From Myxococcota bacterium (GTDB lineage: Bacteria; Myxococcota; Myxococcia; Myxococcales; Myxococcaceae), in assembly GCA_049322255.1 (NCBI GenBank), contig JBMORE010000022.1, forward strand, positions 124,001-188,000: DNA of 64,000 bases. Direction: 5' to 3'. Made by a program: the position numbers and the translations under genes. Below the pieces are notes generated by a model, which did not search any database, was not told the DNA's origin, and saw nothing but the letters and a program-made list of their open reading frames with translations. Every line of letters starts with the position of its first letter. The stretch's first letter is position 1. Below, in pieces: positions 45,782 through 56,063 of the stretch.

Positions 45782-48700
45782 TTAGGCGACGGCCAACCCG
45801 AGCCTTTGGCGCAGTTGGAAGAAGTCCTCGGAGAGGGCGAAGACCAGCAACTCTTGCACGTCGGGGCGCATGCGGACCGCCTGGGCCACCGGGTCGGCCC
45901 CTTCTTGGCGCACCATGGAGAAGTTGGGGTCGGTGCGCAGGAGCATGGTCAGCCCCGCCGTCACGTCGCTACAGAGCAAGAGCCCTGCGCGGTCTTCGGA
46001 GTACCTGCGTAGCGCCTCGACGCTGGTCTCGAAGTCGAACCTCGAGAGTCCGGCGAGGAGCGAGGCCGGCGCCTCCAGAGCCTTGAGGGCTTTGCGCGAG
46101 CACGCCTTACGCAGCTGCTTCGTGCGGTCGTCACTGCGGGTCCCGAGGAGAGTGAACTCGGGGTGGTGAATGCGCACCGCATCGCTCACCAAGTCGGCGG
46201 CGTCCTTCGACGAAAGCTTGTGCAGGGCCGCCGTCTTGTTGAACAGCCCCAGCGCCGCCCGCCCGATGAGGAACTTCTGCTCGCGCGCGTTGTACTTGCG
46301 CACCACGTCTTGCTCGACGCACACCGAGAGGGGGTCGGTCGTCTCCACCCGCACCATGCCGCGGCGCGACTGGTACACCTCGAGCTCTTCCACCCCGAAG
46401 ACCTGCACCACGGCGCGAATCGCCTTGTGAATGGCGTGGTCCGGCTTGAGCCGGTCGGCCTTCCGGTCGATGCCCAGCTGCTCGAAGCTGGGTGGATGAA
46501 GCTTGGTCAGCTGGTCGCCGATGGCGCGGAAGACTTCCACCAAGGGGTTGCGCGCCGACGGGTGGAGGAGCGCCTCGACGTCAGAGGGCAAAAGCCGCTG
46601 GTGGGTCTCCGCGGGTTGCCGGCTCCTGCCGTCGGCCCAGAAGGCGGTTTCGGCGTCGTTGGCGGCCCTAAAGAAGGTGAGCACACCGGCGGCGCAGAAG
46701 GCCTTGTCCTTTTGCCCCTGGCTCTCCCACAAGCGAAAGAGGGCGTGCAGGCTCTCCAGCTGCGTGGGCTCGAGGCGAAGGAGCGTGCGGTGCTCCTCGA
46801 TGGCCTGGGGCGCCGTCGCGGCGTCACGCAGGTACAGCTCGGCGAGGGCGGCGTGAGCAGGGACGCATGCGGGGTCGAGCTCGACCGCGGCGCGGAAGGC
46901 AGCGACTGCCTTGGGCAACTCGTTGAGCCGCTTGGCGTAGAGGTCACCCAGCTTCAGCCGGAGCGTCATCGTTCGTTCGGGGTCGGCGTGCTGAGCCTGC
47001 TCTTCGAGCATCTGCACCAGCTCGGGCAGGTTGCCCATGCCCTCGTAGAGGGCCACCAGGCGATCGGTGATCGCCGCGTCGCCGGGGGCGAGCTCGAGCG
47101 CCTTGCGGTAGAGCGCGCTGGCCTGCGCGGCGTCGCCGAACCCCTCGTCGATGACCTTCGCCAGCGACAGGGTGTGGTGGGCCTGAGCCGTGGGGGCGTC
47201 GTCGACCTCGAGCAGGCGGCGCAGACAATCGGCGGCGCCCGTCCAATTGCGCCCCACGGTGTGAATCGCCGCCAGCCGCTTCAAGGCCTCGGCGCTCGTC
47301 GGGTTGGTGGCGAGCGCCGTCTGTAGGTGAGCCGCCGCCCTCGTCACGTCGGAGAGCTCGTCATGGTAAATGGCGGCCAGACGCAGGTGGACGGCCGAGA
47401 GGTGTAACGGGTCGCCGCCCTGCTGCACGCGCACCGCGTATGCGGCCGCGGCTTCGGCGAACTGCCCGCTCTGGAACGACAGCTCCCCCTTGAGCTCGAG
47501 CGCCTCCGGGTGGGTGGGCTGCGCGGCCAGCGCCCGCTCGACGGCGGCGAGGGCTCTGCCCCGGTCTTTGAGCTGGCCCAAGTGAATGCGCGCAGCGGCG
47601 TAGAGCTCGACGGCGGCTGCGGTCAGGTCTTTCTGGGTGAGCTTGGCCTCGGCGCGGCGTTCGTGCAGAGTGGCCAGGTCTTCGGCGCCCCCGCGGGAAG
47701 CGAGGATTTCCTCCAGCGCTGCCCCGGCGGCCGCGTGAAGCGGATCGCGCTCGAGCGCCTGGCGGTAATGGGCGGCGGCACCCTCTGGGTCGCCCAGCTT
47801 GGTGTGCGCGATCTTCCCCGCGAGCACCAAGGCCTCGAGCGCGCCGTGGGCGTCGCGCGCCACCTCGCCTTCTGTCGCCAAGAGTGAGCGCGCACGGGCA
47901 AAATCACCCCGCTTGATCGCTACCCGCCGCGCGCCCTGGAGCGCGGGCAAGAGCGATGGTTCGGTCTCCAACGCCTGCTCGTAAAAGGTCGCCGCCCCGT
48001 CGAGGTCCTCCAGCTTGCTTTCATGGAGCTCGGCCAGCCGCAAGAGCAGCGCCTGGCGCTCCAGCGGGTCGGACATGCCCGACAGGCGCGCCTGGTAGAG
48101 CGCTGCCAACCAGGTCCAGTCATGGGCGGCGCGGAGCGCCTTCTCCAGCGCGGGGCCCGCCGTGTCGTCCCCCGCGGTCTTGAGGTCTTGCAGGAGCGCC
48201 GCGGTCTTGGTGCTGGAGGACGAACGCCCCCCGGCAAGCTCCTGGTCGAACGCAGCCGACAGCCGAAACGCGGTGGTCAGCCGAGGGTCGACGACGGCTT
48301 CGGCAAGTCGTTCTTTGATCTCGGCCCGCCGCACGCGGTCGTTGGCGCGAATGCGGGCCAGGGTCGCCAGCGCCGCCAGGTTGGCAGGGTCGATTGCCAG
48401 CACGGCCTCGCAGCATTGCGCCGCGCGAGCGGGCTCGTTTTTGAGGTCGAAATAGATCCGCGCCAGCTTGAGGTAGGCGGCGATTTTCGCAGCGCTCTGC
48501 CCGGTTTGGGACTGGCGATCGAGGATCGTGACCTGCTCCCGCAGCTCGTTTTTGGCAGTGTAGAGGCGTTCGAGCGCGCGAAGCGCGGTGGAGTGGTTGG
48601 GTGCCAGGCGCAAGACCTCTTGGTAGCTTTCGATCGCCTGGTCTGGCTGGCCGAGCTGGTCCTCCCAGATCGCCGCGACCTGAAAGAGGGTGTTGGCGCG

Positions 48701-50830
48701 CTCCACCGGGTCGGTGCGGCCTGCGGCCTCCACGCGCAACACGTCGACGAGCCGCTCCCAGTCGCCTTGCTCGCGTAAGATGCGGGCCAGCGCCCGCGCC
48801 GCGGGGAAGTAGGTGGGCGAGAGGGTGAGCACCTCCTGGTAGGAGGCGATCGCCTCTTGGGTGTTGGACAGCTTCTGCTCGTACAGCTCGCCGATCTTGT
48901 GGACGAGCGCTGCGGCCTGTTCGGGAAGGGGAGCGGTCTCCGCCTCCGCCCGGTACATGCGTACGAGCTCGTCCCACCGGCCGTCCTGCGCATACAGCCG
49001 CCCCAGCGCCCTCAGCGCGGGCAAATACGAAGGTAGAAGCGCCAGCACCCGTTCGTAAGCGGCGATGGCACCTGGGCGGTCCTGGAGCGCTTCCTCGAGG
49101 ATCTCGGCGTTGCGGTGGTGCAAGGAGATCACCTGCTTGATGTCGCCGGTGAGCCCCGCCTCGCGCTCGTGCACCTCGATGAGCTCGCGCCACCGTCCCA
49201 CGCTCTCATAGAGGCGGGCGAGGTTGCGCAGCGTGGGCAGGTGCTCCGGCGCCTGCTCGAGAATGCGTCGCATGCACTCGGCGGCGTGCTCGCGATCGCC
49301 CAGGCGGTCCTCGTAGATCGCCGCGATCTTGTTGAGAATGGAGATGATTTGCTCGCGGTCGGTGGTCTGCAGAAGGTCTTGCTCGTGCATCGCCACCAAC
49401 TCGGCGAAGCGGCCTTGCTTCTCGTACAGGCGGGTGAGCGCCTTCTGGGCAGGCAGATACCCAGGTTGCAGCTGCAGACACTGGTTGTAACGGCCAACCG
49501 CCTCTTCGGTGCGCCCAAGGCGCTCTTCGAGGACCTCGGCCGCCTTGTACATGCGCGCGGCCTTTTGTTTGGGGTCGTCGAGCGCAGCGAGCTCGGCGTC
49601 GTAGGTGGCGAGCAGCCCCGCCCAGTCCTGGCTGCGGTGGTAGAGCTTGCCAAGGCCGGCGAGCGCCGTGGCGTGGCCAGGGATGCGGGAGAGGATCGCC
49701 TGGTAGCGGGCGATGGCGTCGGCGTCGCGCTGGAGGCGCTCCTCGTAGAGTGTGGCCAGGCGGAGGTTGATCGCCACCACCTCGTCCTCGTCGGAGATGG
49801 ACTGCACCCAGTCTCGCAGCACGTCGGCGAGCTCTTCGTGCCGCTCCTGTGCCTCGTAGATGTGCGCCAGCTCGGAGAGCACCAAGGGCTCGGTGGGAGC
49901 TACCCGGCGGGCGGCGTGCAGCGCGGCCAGCGCGTCTTCGCGGCGGCCCAGCTTGCTGTAGATCTTGCTGATCTCGAGATAGACGGGCGCGGCGTTGGCG
50001 CCGAGCAGCTCGGCCTCGGCAGCGAGCGCCGAGAGGAGCTCGTCGATGGAACCCTCGCGCGCACAGACCCGGGCGACGGCGGAAAGCAGCACAGGGTCGT
50101 GACGGTCGAGGGCGAAGGCAGCGCGGTAGCTGGCGGTAGCCTCCGTGGGGCGCTTGAGCCGATCCTCCAACACTGAACCGGCGACGGTGAGGTAGTGCGC
50201 CTTCAGTGTTTCGTCGGGGACCACCTCGGCGAGCCGCCCGAGCACGCGTGCCAAGGGCTCGAAGTCGGCCTTCTCGGCGAACACTTGTTCCAGCTGCACC
50301 AGGAGGACGACGTCCTGGGGATTGGCCTCGAGCACCTGGGCGTAGGCCTTCTGGGCTTCCTCGAGGCGCGAGAGGCGCTGCTCGAGCACCTGCGCTTTTT
50401 CGAAGAGGAGCCAAGCGTGCCCTTCCTTCGCATCGGTCGCGGAAAGCTCGGCGTCGATGAGCTGCACCACCATCTGCCAGTTGCCCACGTCGGCGAACAG
50501 CCGGCGGGCGGCACGGATGTTGGCGAGAAACTTGGGTGCGAGCTTGTAGGCGTTCTGGTACGCGACCGCCGCGTGACGTGGGTTTTTGAGGGGCTCCTCC
50601 CAGAGCAGGCCTATCTCGTGGAAGAGCAAGGCGGCGGCAGGGACGACCCCTAGCGCCTTGGCTTCACGCTCGAGCGCGGCCACCCGGCTTCGCGCTTCTT
50701 CCTCGGCAGAGGAGGGGTGCTCCGGCAGCGACGAGAGCTGTTGGGCGGGTTGCTCGGTGGCGCTTTCGGTCGAGGCGGCAGGCGCCTGGGGCGATGGGAG
50801 GGTGCGGGGAAGGTCGGTGCGCTCGCTCAT
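45782..50830 (-). CDS. Large cytoplasmic TPR-repeat protein
   Basis: 1682 aa of tandem TPR-like units (A...Y..VL...P....AL..L.RLY....W..L); C-terminal EDRAGLLLCSD domain; no signal peptide. Confidence 0.88.
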   Translation of the reverse strand: MSERTDLPRTLPSPQAPAASTESATEQPAQQLSSLPEHPSSAEEEARSRVAALEREAKALGVVPAAALLFHEIGLLWEEPLKNPRHAAVAYQNAYKLAPKFLANIRAARRLFADVGNWQMVVQLIDAELSATDAKEGHAWLLFEKAQVLEQRLSRLEEAQKAYAQVLEANPQDVVLLVQLEQVFAEKADFEPLARVLGRLAEVVPDETLKAHYLTVAGSVLEDRLKRPTEATASYRAAFALDRHDPVLLSAVARVCAREGSIDELLSALAAEAELLGANAAPVYLEISKIYSKLGRREDALAALHAARRVAPTEPLVLSELAHIYEAQERHEELADVLRDWVQSISDEDEVVAINLRLATLYEERLQRDADAIARYQAILSRIPGHATALAGLGKLYHRSQDWAGLLATYDAELAALDDPKQKAARMYKAAEVLEERLGRTEEAVGRYNQCLQLQPGYLPAQKALTRLYEKQGRFAELVAMHEQDLLQTTDREQIISILNKIAAIYEDRLGDREHAAECMRRILEQAPEHLPTLRNLARLYESVGRWRELIEVHEREAGLTGDIKQVISLHHRNAEILEEALQDRPGAIAAYERVLALLPSYLPALRALGRLYAQDGRWDELVRMYRAEAETAPLPEQAAALVHKIGELYEQKLSNTQEAIASYQEVLTLSPTYFPAARALARILREQGDWERLVDVLRVEAAGRTDPVERANTLFQVAAIWEDQLGQPDQAIESYQEVLRLAPNHSTALRALERLYTAKNELREQVTILDRQSQTGQSAAKIAAYLKLARIYFDLKNEPARAAQCCEAVLAIDPANLAALATLARIRANDRVRRAEIKERLAEAVVDPRLTTAFRLSAAFDQELAGGRSSSSTKTAALLQDLKTAGDDTAGPALEKALRAAHDWTWLAALYQARLSGMSDPLERQALLLRLAELHESKLEDLDGAATFYEQALETEPSLLPALQGARRVAIKRGDFARARSLLATEGEVARDAHGALEALVLAGKIAHTKLGDPEGAAAHYRQALERDPLHAAAGAALEEILASRGGAEDLATLHERRAEAKLTQKDLTAAAVELYAAARIHLGQLKDRGRALAAVERALAAQPTHPEALELKGELSFQSGQFAEAAAAYAVRVQQGGDPLHLSAVHLRLAAIYHDELSDVTRAAAHLQTALATNPTSAEALKRLAAIHTVGRNWTGAADCLRRLLEVDDAPTAQAHHTLSLAKVIDEGFGDAAQASALYRKALELAPGDAAITDRLVALYEGMGNLPELVQMLEEQAQHADPERTMTLRLKLGDLYAKRLNELPKAVAAFRAAVELDPACVPAHAALAELYLRDAATAPQAIEEHRTLLRLEPTQLESLHALFRLWESQGQKDKAFCAAGVLTFFRAANDAETAFWADGRSRQPAETHQRLLPSDVEALLHPSARNPLVEVFRAIGDQLTKLHPPSFEQLGIDRKADRLKPDHAIHKAIRAVVQVFGVEELEVYQSRRGMVRVETTDPLSVCVEQDVVRKYNAREQKFLIGRAALGLFNKTAALHKLSSKDAADLVSDAVRIHHPEFTLLGTRSDDRTKQLRKACSRKALKALEAPASLLAGLSRFDFETSVEALRRYSEDRAGLLLCSDVTAGLTMLLRTDPNFSMVRQEGADPVAQAVRMRPDVQELLVFALSEDFFQLRQRLGLAVA

Positions 50831-50910
50831 GGGCTTGGCAAAAGAGCCTTGTAGGTGCGCCGGGTGAACGCCACTCGTACCATGCGGCTCGGCACAGCCT
50901 CAACAATGAC

Positions 50911-52419
50911 CTAACCGATGGCGGCGAGTAGCTCGCCGGAGTCGATGAGCGCGGCGACGGCGTCGATGTCGAGGTGCAGCTCGCGGTCCCTTTCCATCGT
51001 GGGCACCTTCGCGCGGATGAGCCGGTGGGCGGCCAGCGGCCCCTTACCCGGCAAGAGGGGCAGGCGCAGGTCGAGCGCCTGAGAGGCGACGAGCATCTCG
51101 ATGGCCAGACAGTGGCGGGTGAGCTCGGCCACCTGACGCGCCTTGAGCGCTGCGGTCATGCCCATCGACACGTGGTCTTCCCGGCCAGCGGAAGAGGGGA
51201 TGGAGTCGACCGATGCGGGGTGACAAAGAATGCGCGACTCGGCGACGAGCGCGGCGGAAGTCACCTGGGCGATCATGAAGCCCGAATGGAGCCCCGAGTC
51301 CTTCGCCAAGAAAGGCGGCAGACCGGAAAGCGAGGGATTGACCAGCTGCTCGACACGCCGCTCGCTGATCGACGAAAGCTGAGTCAGCGCCATCGCCATC
51401 ACGTCGAGGGCGAGTGACACCGGCTGGCCGTGGAAGTTTCCGCCGGAGACGATGCGCTCGCTCTCGACGAACACCAGCGGGTTGTCGGTGGCGCTGTTCA
51501 CCTCGATCTCCAACACCCGCCGGCAGAAGGCCAAGCCATCGCGGGCGGCGCCGTGCACCTGGGGCATGCATCGCAAGGAGTAAGGGTCTTGCACCTTGTG
51601 ACAGGTGGCGTGCGATTCGACGAGCTCGCTGCCCCCGAGCAGGGAGCGCAGGTGCGCCGCGCAGGCCTTCTGCCCGGGGTGTGGCCGCACCTCTTGGATT
51701 TCCGGCGCGAACGGCTTGTGGCTGCCCAAAAGCCCCTCGAGGGTCATCGCGCCCGCCAGGTCGGCGAGCTCGGTCAGTGCTTCGGAGCGAAGCAGGGCCA
51801 GCGCTCCCACCGCGCACATCGCCTGGGTGCCGTTGACGAGGGCGAGGCCCTCTTTCGCCTCCAGCTGCACCGGGGACAGACCCGCGCGGCGCAGCGCCTC
51901 GCCCGCGCTCACCCGCGCACCCTCATAGAAGGCCTCGCCCTCGCCGATGAACGTGAGCGCCAGGTGGGCCAGCGGCGCCAAGTCTCCCGAGGCGCCGACG
52001 CTGCCGCGCTCGGGCACCACCGGCACCACGCCGCGGTTGAGCATGTCCAGACCCAGCTGGAGGGTTTGTGGTCGAATGCCGGAGAAGCCCTTCGCCAGCA
52101 CGTTGCAGCGAAGCAGCAAGAGCGCCCGTGCTTCGGGCACCGAGAGCGGCACCCCCACCCCTGCCGCGTGGGAGCGGAGGAGGTTTCGCTGCAGGTCGCG
52201 CAAATCCTTCTTGTCGATGCGCACCTCGGCGAGGGTGCCGAAGCCAGTGTTGATGCCGTAGGCCGGTTGGTCACCGGCGGCCACCCGATCGACCAGGGCG
52301 CGCGAGGCACGTATGCGCTCTTGCGCCTGCGGTGTCAGCTCCACCTGCGCGGTGCCCAGGGCGACCTTCCGCAAGCTCTCCAGCCCGAGCGTCTCTCCAT
52401 CGATCGCGACGTGCGTCAT
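50911..52419 (-). CDS. hutH: Histidine ammonia-lyase
   Basis: [11 protein letters not shown] motif [47 protein letters not shown]. Confidence 0.95.
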   Translation of the reverse strand: MTHVAIDGETLGLESLRKVALGTAQVELTPQAQERIRASRALVDRVAAGDQPAYGINTGFGTLAEVRIDKKDLRDLQRNLLRSHAAGVGVPLSVPEARALLLLRCNVLAKGFSGIRPQTLQLGLDMLNRGVVPVVPERGSVGASGDLAPLAHLALTFIGEGEAFYEGARVSAGEALRRAGLSPVQLEAKEGLALVNGTQAMCAVGALALLRSEALTELADLAGAMTLEGLLGSHKPFAPEIQEVRPHPGQKACAAHLRSLLGGSELVESHATCHKVQDPYSLRCMPQVHGAARDGLAFCRRVLEIEVNSATDNPLVFVESERIVSGGNFHGQPVSLALDVMAMALTQLSSISERRVEQLVNPSLSGLPPFLAKDSGLHSGFMIAQVTSAALVAESRILCHPASVDSIPSSAGREDHVSMGMTAALKARQVAELTRHCLAIEMLVASQALDLRLPLLPGKGPLAAHRLIRAKVPTMERDRELHLDIDAVAALIDSGELLAAIG

Positions 52420-52492
52420 CGGGCGGGCAAGGTAGCGCACTTCACCTTCGGTTTTGACACAGAAGGGGCTCCTGGCGGAGAACCGTAGCCGC

Positions 52493-53731
52493 GTGGGCCT
52501 CATCGTTCAGAAGTACGGCGGCACCTCCGTCGGGGACATCGAGCGCATCAAGAACGTCGCCCGGCGGGCAATCGCCACCCAGAAGCAGGGCCACGAGGTG
52601 GTGGTGGTGGTCTCGGCGATGGCCGGGGAGACCAATCGTCTGCTGAAGCTGGTGTCACAAATCACCGAGCGCCCCGACGAACGCGAGCAAGACGTGGTGG
52701 TGGCCACCGGCGAGCAGGTGTCGATCGGGCTTCTGGCGCTGGCGATCATGGAGCTCGAGGGAAAGGCGACGAGCTTTCTGGGTCACCAGTGCCGCATCGT
52801 CACCGACAGCACCTTCTCCAAGGCGCGCATCAAGAGCATCGACGCGCAAGGAATCTTCGCCGCGCTGAAGAAGCGGCACATCGCGGTGATCGCCGGCTTC
52901 CAGGGAGTGGACGAAGAGGGCAACGTCACCACCTTGGGGCGGGGCGGGTCGGACACCACCGCGGTGGCGATCGCAGCGGCGATCCAGGCCGACGCCTGCG
53001 AGATCTACACCGACGTCGACGGGGTCTACACCACCGACCCCAACGTGTGTCCGGCGGCGAGGAAGCTCGACAAGGTCAGCTACGAAGAGATGCTCGAGCT
53101 CGCCAGCCTGGGCGCCAAGGTGCTGCAGATTCGTTCGGTCGAATTAGCGATGAAGTACAAGGTCCCGCTGTGGGTGAAGTCGTCGTTCACCACCGAGCCG
53201 GGGACGCTGGTGTGCGAGGAGGATGAGTCGATGGAAGACGTGGTCGTCAGCGGTGTCGCCTTCGACAAGAACGAGGCGAAAATCTCGCTGCGCGGAGTGC
53301 CTGACGTGCCCGGCATCGCTGCGCGGGTGTTCGGCGCCCTGGATGAGAAGAGCATCGTGGTCGACCTCATCGTGCAGAACGTGTCCAAAGACGGGAAGGC
53401 CGATCTCACCTTCACTGTGGCCAAGGCCGATCTGGTCAAAGCCCGCGATGTGGTGAAGAAGATCGCCAAGGCGATCAAGGCCAAGGCGGTAGAGACGGAT
53501 GATCAGATCGCCAAGCTCTCCATCGTTGGCGTGGGCATGCGCAACCACTCCGGAGTAGCGGCGAAGATGTTCCGTGTCCTCTCGGACGAAGGCGTCAACA
53601 TACAGATGATTTCCACCTCGGAAATCAAAGTCTCCTGCGTGATTCACGCCAAGTACACCGAGTTGGCCGTACGCTCTTTGCACACCGCCTTCGGGCTGGA
53701 CCGGCTCAACACCGTCGTCGCCGCCAGCTAG
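52493..53731 (+). CDS. lysC: Aspartate kinase
   Basis: [37 protein letters not shown], two ACT domains ending ISTSEIKVS. Confidence 0.96.
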   Translation: MGLIVQKYGGTSVGDIERIKNVARRAIATQKQGHEVVVVVSAMAGETNRLLKLVSQITERPDEREQDVVVATGEQVSIGLLALAIMELEGKATSFLGHQCRIVTDSTFSKARIKSIDAQGIFAALKKRHIAVIAGFQGVDEEGNVTTLGRGGSDTTAVAIAAAIQADACEIYTDVDGVYTTDPNVCPAARKLDKVSYEEMLELASLGAKVLQIRSVELAMKYKVPLWVKSSFTTEPGTLVCEEDESMEDVVVSGVAFDKNEAKISLRGVPDVPGIAARVFGALDEKSIVVDLIVQNVSKDGKADLTFTVAKADLVKARDVVKKIAKAIKAKAVETDDQIAKLSIVGVGMRNHSGVAAKMFRVLSDEGVNIQMISTSEIKVSCVIHAKYTELAVRSLHTAFGLDRLNTVVAAS

Positions 53732-53733
53732 CG

Positions 53734-54132
53734 ATGTCTCGAACGGCTGCGCTCGCGGTGGTGGCCCTTGCCGTGCTCGCGGTGGGGCTTTTCGCGCGCC
53801 TCTGGTGGCCCAGCTCGGCGCCGGTCCTCGACTGTTCACCCGCGCAGGTGCGCTGGACAGACGGCGGCGTGGCGTACTGCGGCAGGGGCGAGCCCTTCAC
53901 CCAACCTCCCGCCGGGCAGCTGCTCACCCTGGGAGCGAAGCTCGATTTGAACCGGGCCACCGCCGACGACCTCGCGCTCCTACCGGGAGTCGGGAACGCC
54001 CTGGCGCAGGCGATTGTCGCGGCCCGAGGCGACGGAGGCTTCGACAGCTGGGACGAGGTCGATGCCGTTCCAGGGGTGGGCGACGCCAAGCTTCAGACAC
54101 TGAAGGCTGCTGCGGAGATCCGCCCGCGCTAG
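53734..54132 (+). CDS. comEA: ComEA-like helix-hairpin-helix DNA-binding protein
   Basis: N-terminal TM; LDLNRATADDLALLPGVG...AIVAAR...EVDAVPGVG. Confidence 0.8.
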   Translation: MSRTAALAVVALAVLAVGLFARLWWPSSAPVLDCSPAQVRWTDGGVAYCGRGEPFTQPPAGQLLTLGAKLDLNRATADDLALLPGVGNALAQAIVAARGDGGFDSWDEVDAVPGVGDAKLQTLKAAAEIRPR

Positions 54133-54156
54133 CGTTTGGGTGTATAAGGAGCCTCC

Positions 54157-55977
54157 TTGCTCATCTCTTGCGAGAAGTGCACGACCACCTATGTGCTCGA
54201 CGAGCGGCTCATCCCTCCCGGGGGGGCGCCGGTGCAGTGCACCAAGTGCAACCACGTCTTCATCGCCTTGTCGACCCACGCGGCGGCGCCGCCGCTGCCC
54301 AAGACGCTGGTGCCTGGGACGGCCCCGCCGGAGGAGCCCGCTCCGCAACCTGATCCCCGCGGCACCCAAATTTTCGGGCGCACTGCGCCGGCCACGGGCC
54401 CCTCTTCTTCCCCCTCTTCGGCGAAGGAGCTCGAGCAGCTGTTGGACACGTTGCGCGCCCAAGACGGCCTCGATGAAAACCTTCCTCCGGAGCCTAAGGC
54501 CAAGCAGGCAAAGACTCAGCTGTTTGCGGTCTCCGAGCTCAACCGCCCTGCCCAACCGGCACCACCGGCCGAAGCGGGGGAGGGAAGGCGTGCCAAGACG
54601 CAGCTGTTTGCCCTCTCCGAGGTCCAAGCCGCCGCCAATCCCAAAGCCACGCAGATGTTCGGAGTGGCGAGCGCGGCGGTGACGGGGCCTACCCAACCGC
54701 GTGGCCCAGCGGAGGCGCCCGTTCACCCACGCGCGACGCAAATCTTCGGAGCCACCGGGCTCGACACCAGCGCACCTGCGACGCTTCAAGACGTGCCCGC
54801 TGTTCGTGCCCCCGACGCGCGCGCGACGATGATCTTCGGAGGCGCTCCCACAGCGAGCAATGCGCCGCACCCGCGCGAGACGTTTGCCGAGCGCAAGCAG
54901 CAGCGCTCCTCGCAGCTGGCGCCGACCCTCATCGAAACCAGCGGCCGCCTCCCCGGAGCCCTCGCTCCCGTGAGCCTCCCGGAGGGCGATCTGCCTCAGA
55001 TGAACTGGGGCGGCGATCGTCCCGGTACGTCGGTCGACGAGGGCTCGGAGCTTGACCTGCGCCGGCAGATGCAGCGGCGCAACCGCCTCGCGATGGGCGC
55101 GGTGCTTGCGGTGCTCCTGATCATTGCCGTGGGGGTGGGAATCAAGGTGCTCTCGGGGCGGCGGCCAAGCGTGCCCCCCGAGGCGATCGCCGAGCGTGAG
55201 GCGGCGATGGCGCTTTTGCGCCGCGACGACTCGGAGGCGCAGGCCGAGGCGGTGGCCAAGCTCTCCACTCTCTCGAAGGCATTTCCTTTCTACGTCGATG
55301 CGGTGGCGGGGCGGGTGCTCGCGCTCTCCTTACAGCTCGACGATGCTCGCATTGCCGTTCGCCGGTTTCAGTCCCAGTCGGACGAGCTCAACCGGAAGAT
55401 CGCCCGCTTGAAGGAGGCGAAGTCTCCTGGAAACTGGCTGAACCAGGTCAACGCGTTGATCGACGATCTGGCGGCGGTGAAGGCCAAGAGCGACCCGTTG
55501 ATCGACGAGGCCGCCCGGCTCGACGGTGTGGTGAACGAGGCGCTCCAAAGGCTTCGTGCCCACCCCGAAGGTCTTGCTCCCGAAGAGGAACAGGTAGTGG
55601 TGCGCGCGCAGGCGATCTACTTCGGCGTGAAGGGAAGCGATCAGGCGATTGCGCTTTCCGAGCGGTACAAGCGCCTACGGCAGGGGGCAGACGACGGTTG
55701 GAGCGCGGTGGCCTTCGCCGAGTATGCGCTCAACGCCCGGGTGGCCCCGGAGACGCTTCGCCAAGCGCGCGAGCAGCTCGAGGAGGTCATCGCCAAGGAC
55801 AAGACCTTTTTGCGCCCCTACGTGCTCGCCGCCCGACTGGCACAGGCGGAGAAGAACGACGAGGCCGCGTCCAACCTGCTCGGAGCGGTGATGTTGCTCA
55901 ACCGGCGCCACGAAGTGGCGGCCCAGCTGCATGCCTGGGTGACGGCCAGCCAAAAGGCCGCGGCGGCCACTCGGTGA
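54157..55977 (+). CDS. MJ0042-type zinc-ribbon membrane protein with low-complexity repeat linker and periplasmic helical domain
   Basis: MLISCEKCTTTY...VQCTKCNHVF; Pro/Thr-rich linker; one TM helix; coiled-coil/TPR-like C-terminus. Confidence 0.85.
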   Translation: MLISCEKCTTTYVLDERLIPPGGAPVQCTKCNHVFIALSTHAAAPPLPKTLVPGTAPPEEPAPQPDPRGTQIFGRTAPATGPSSSPSSAKELEQLLDTLRAQDGLDENLPPEPKAKQAKTQLFAVSELNRPAQPAPPAEAGEGRRAKTQLFALSEVQAAANPKATQMFGVASAAVTGPTQPRGPAEAPVHPRATQIFGATGLDTSAPATLQDVPAVRAPDARATMIFGGAPTASNAPHPRETFAERKQQRSSQLAPTLIETSGRLPGALAPVSLPEGDLPQMNWGGDRPGTSVDEGSELDLRRQMQRRNRLAMGAVLAVLLIIAVGVGIKVLSGRRPSVPPEAIAEREAAMALLRRDDSEAQAEAVAKLSTLSKAFPFYVDAVAGRVLALSLQLDDARIAVRRFQSQSDELNRKIARLKEAKSPGNWLNQVNALIDDLAAVKAKSDPLIDEAARLDGVVNEALQRLRAHPEGLAPEEEQVVVRAQAIYFGVKGSDQAIALSERYKRLRQGADDGWSAVAFAEYALNARVAPETLRQAREQLEEVIAKDKTFLRPYVLAARLAQAEKNDEAASNLLGAVMLLNRRHEVAAQLHAWVTASQKAAAATR

Positions 55978-56003
55978 ACGTCAGGTAGCGCACCTTTGCG
56001 TGA

Positions 56004-56020
56004 CCGGCACGCTGGTTGCG
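56004..56020 (+). promoter_or_regulatory. Candidate sigma-54 promoter of the glycosyltransferase
   Basis: CCGGCACGCTGGTTGCG with exact GG-N10-GC spacing; GGAGGAGG RBS and GTG start lie downstream. Confidence 0.65.
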
Positions 56021-56063
56021 TAGCTCCTCCAACGAAGTCTTTCGTGGGCGGAGGAGGTGGGCG

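Noticed and set aside
50911..52419. hutH without hutU/I/G as a secondary-metabolism aminomutase
   Set aside because: Motifs fit an ordinary histidase and no biosynthetic cluster is adjacent; the other hut genes may be elsewhere.
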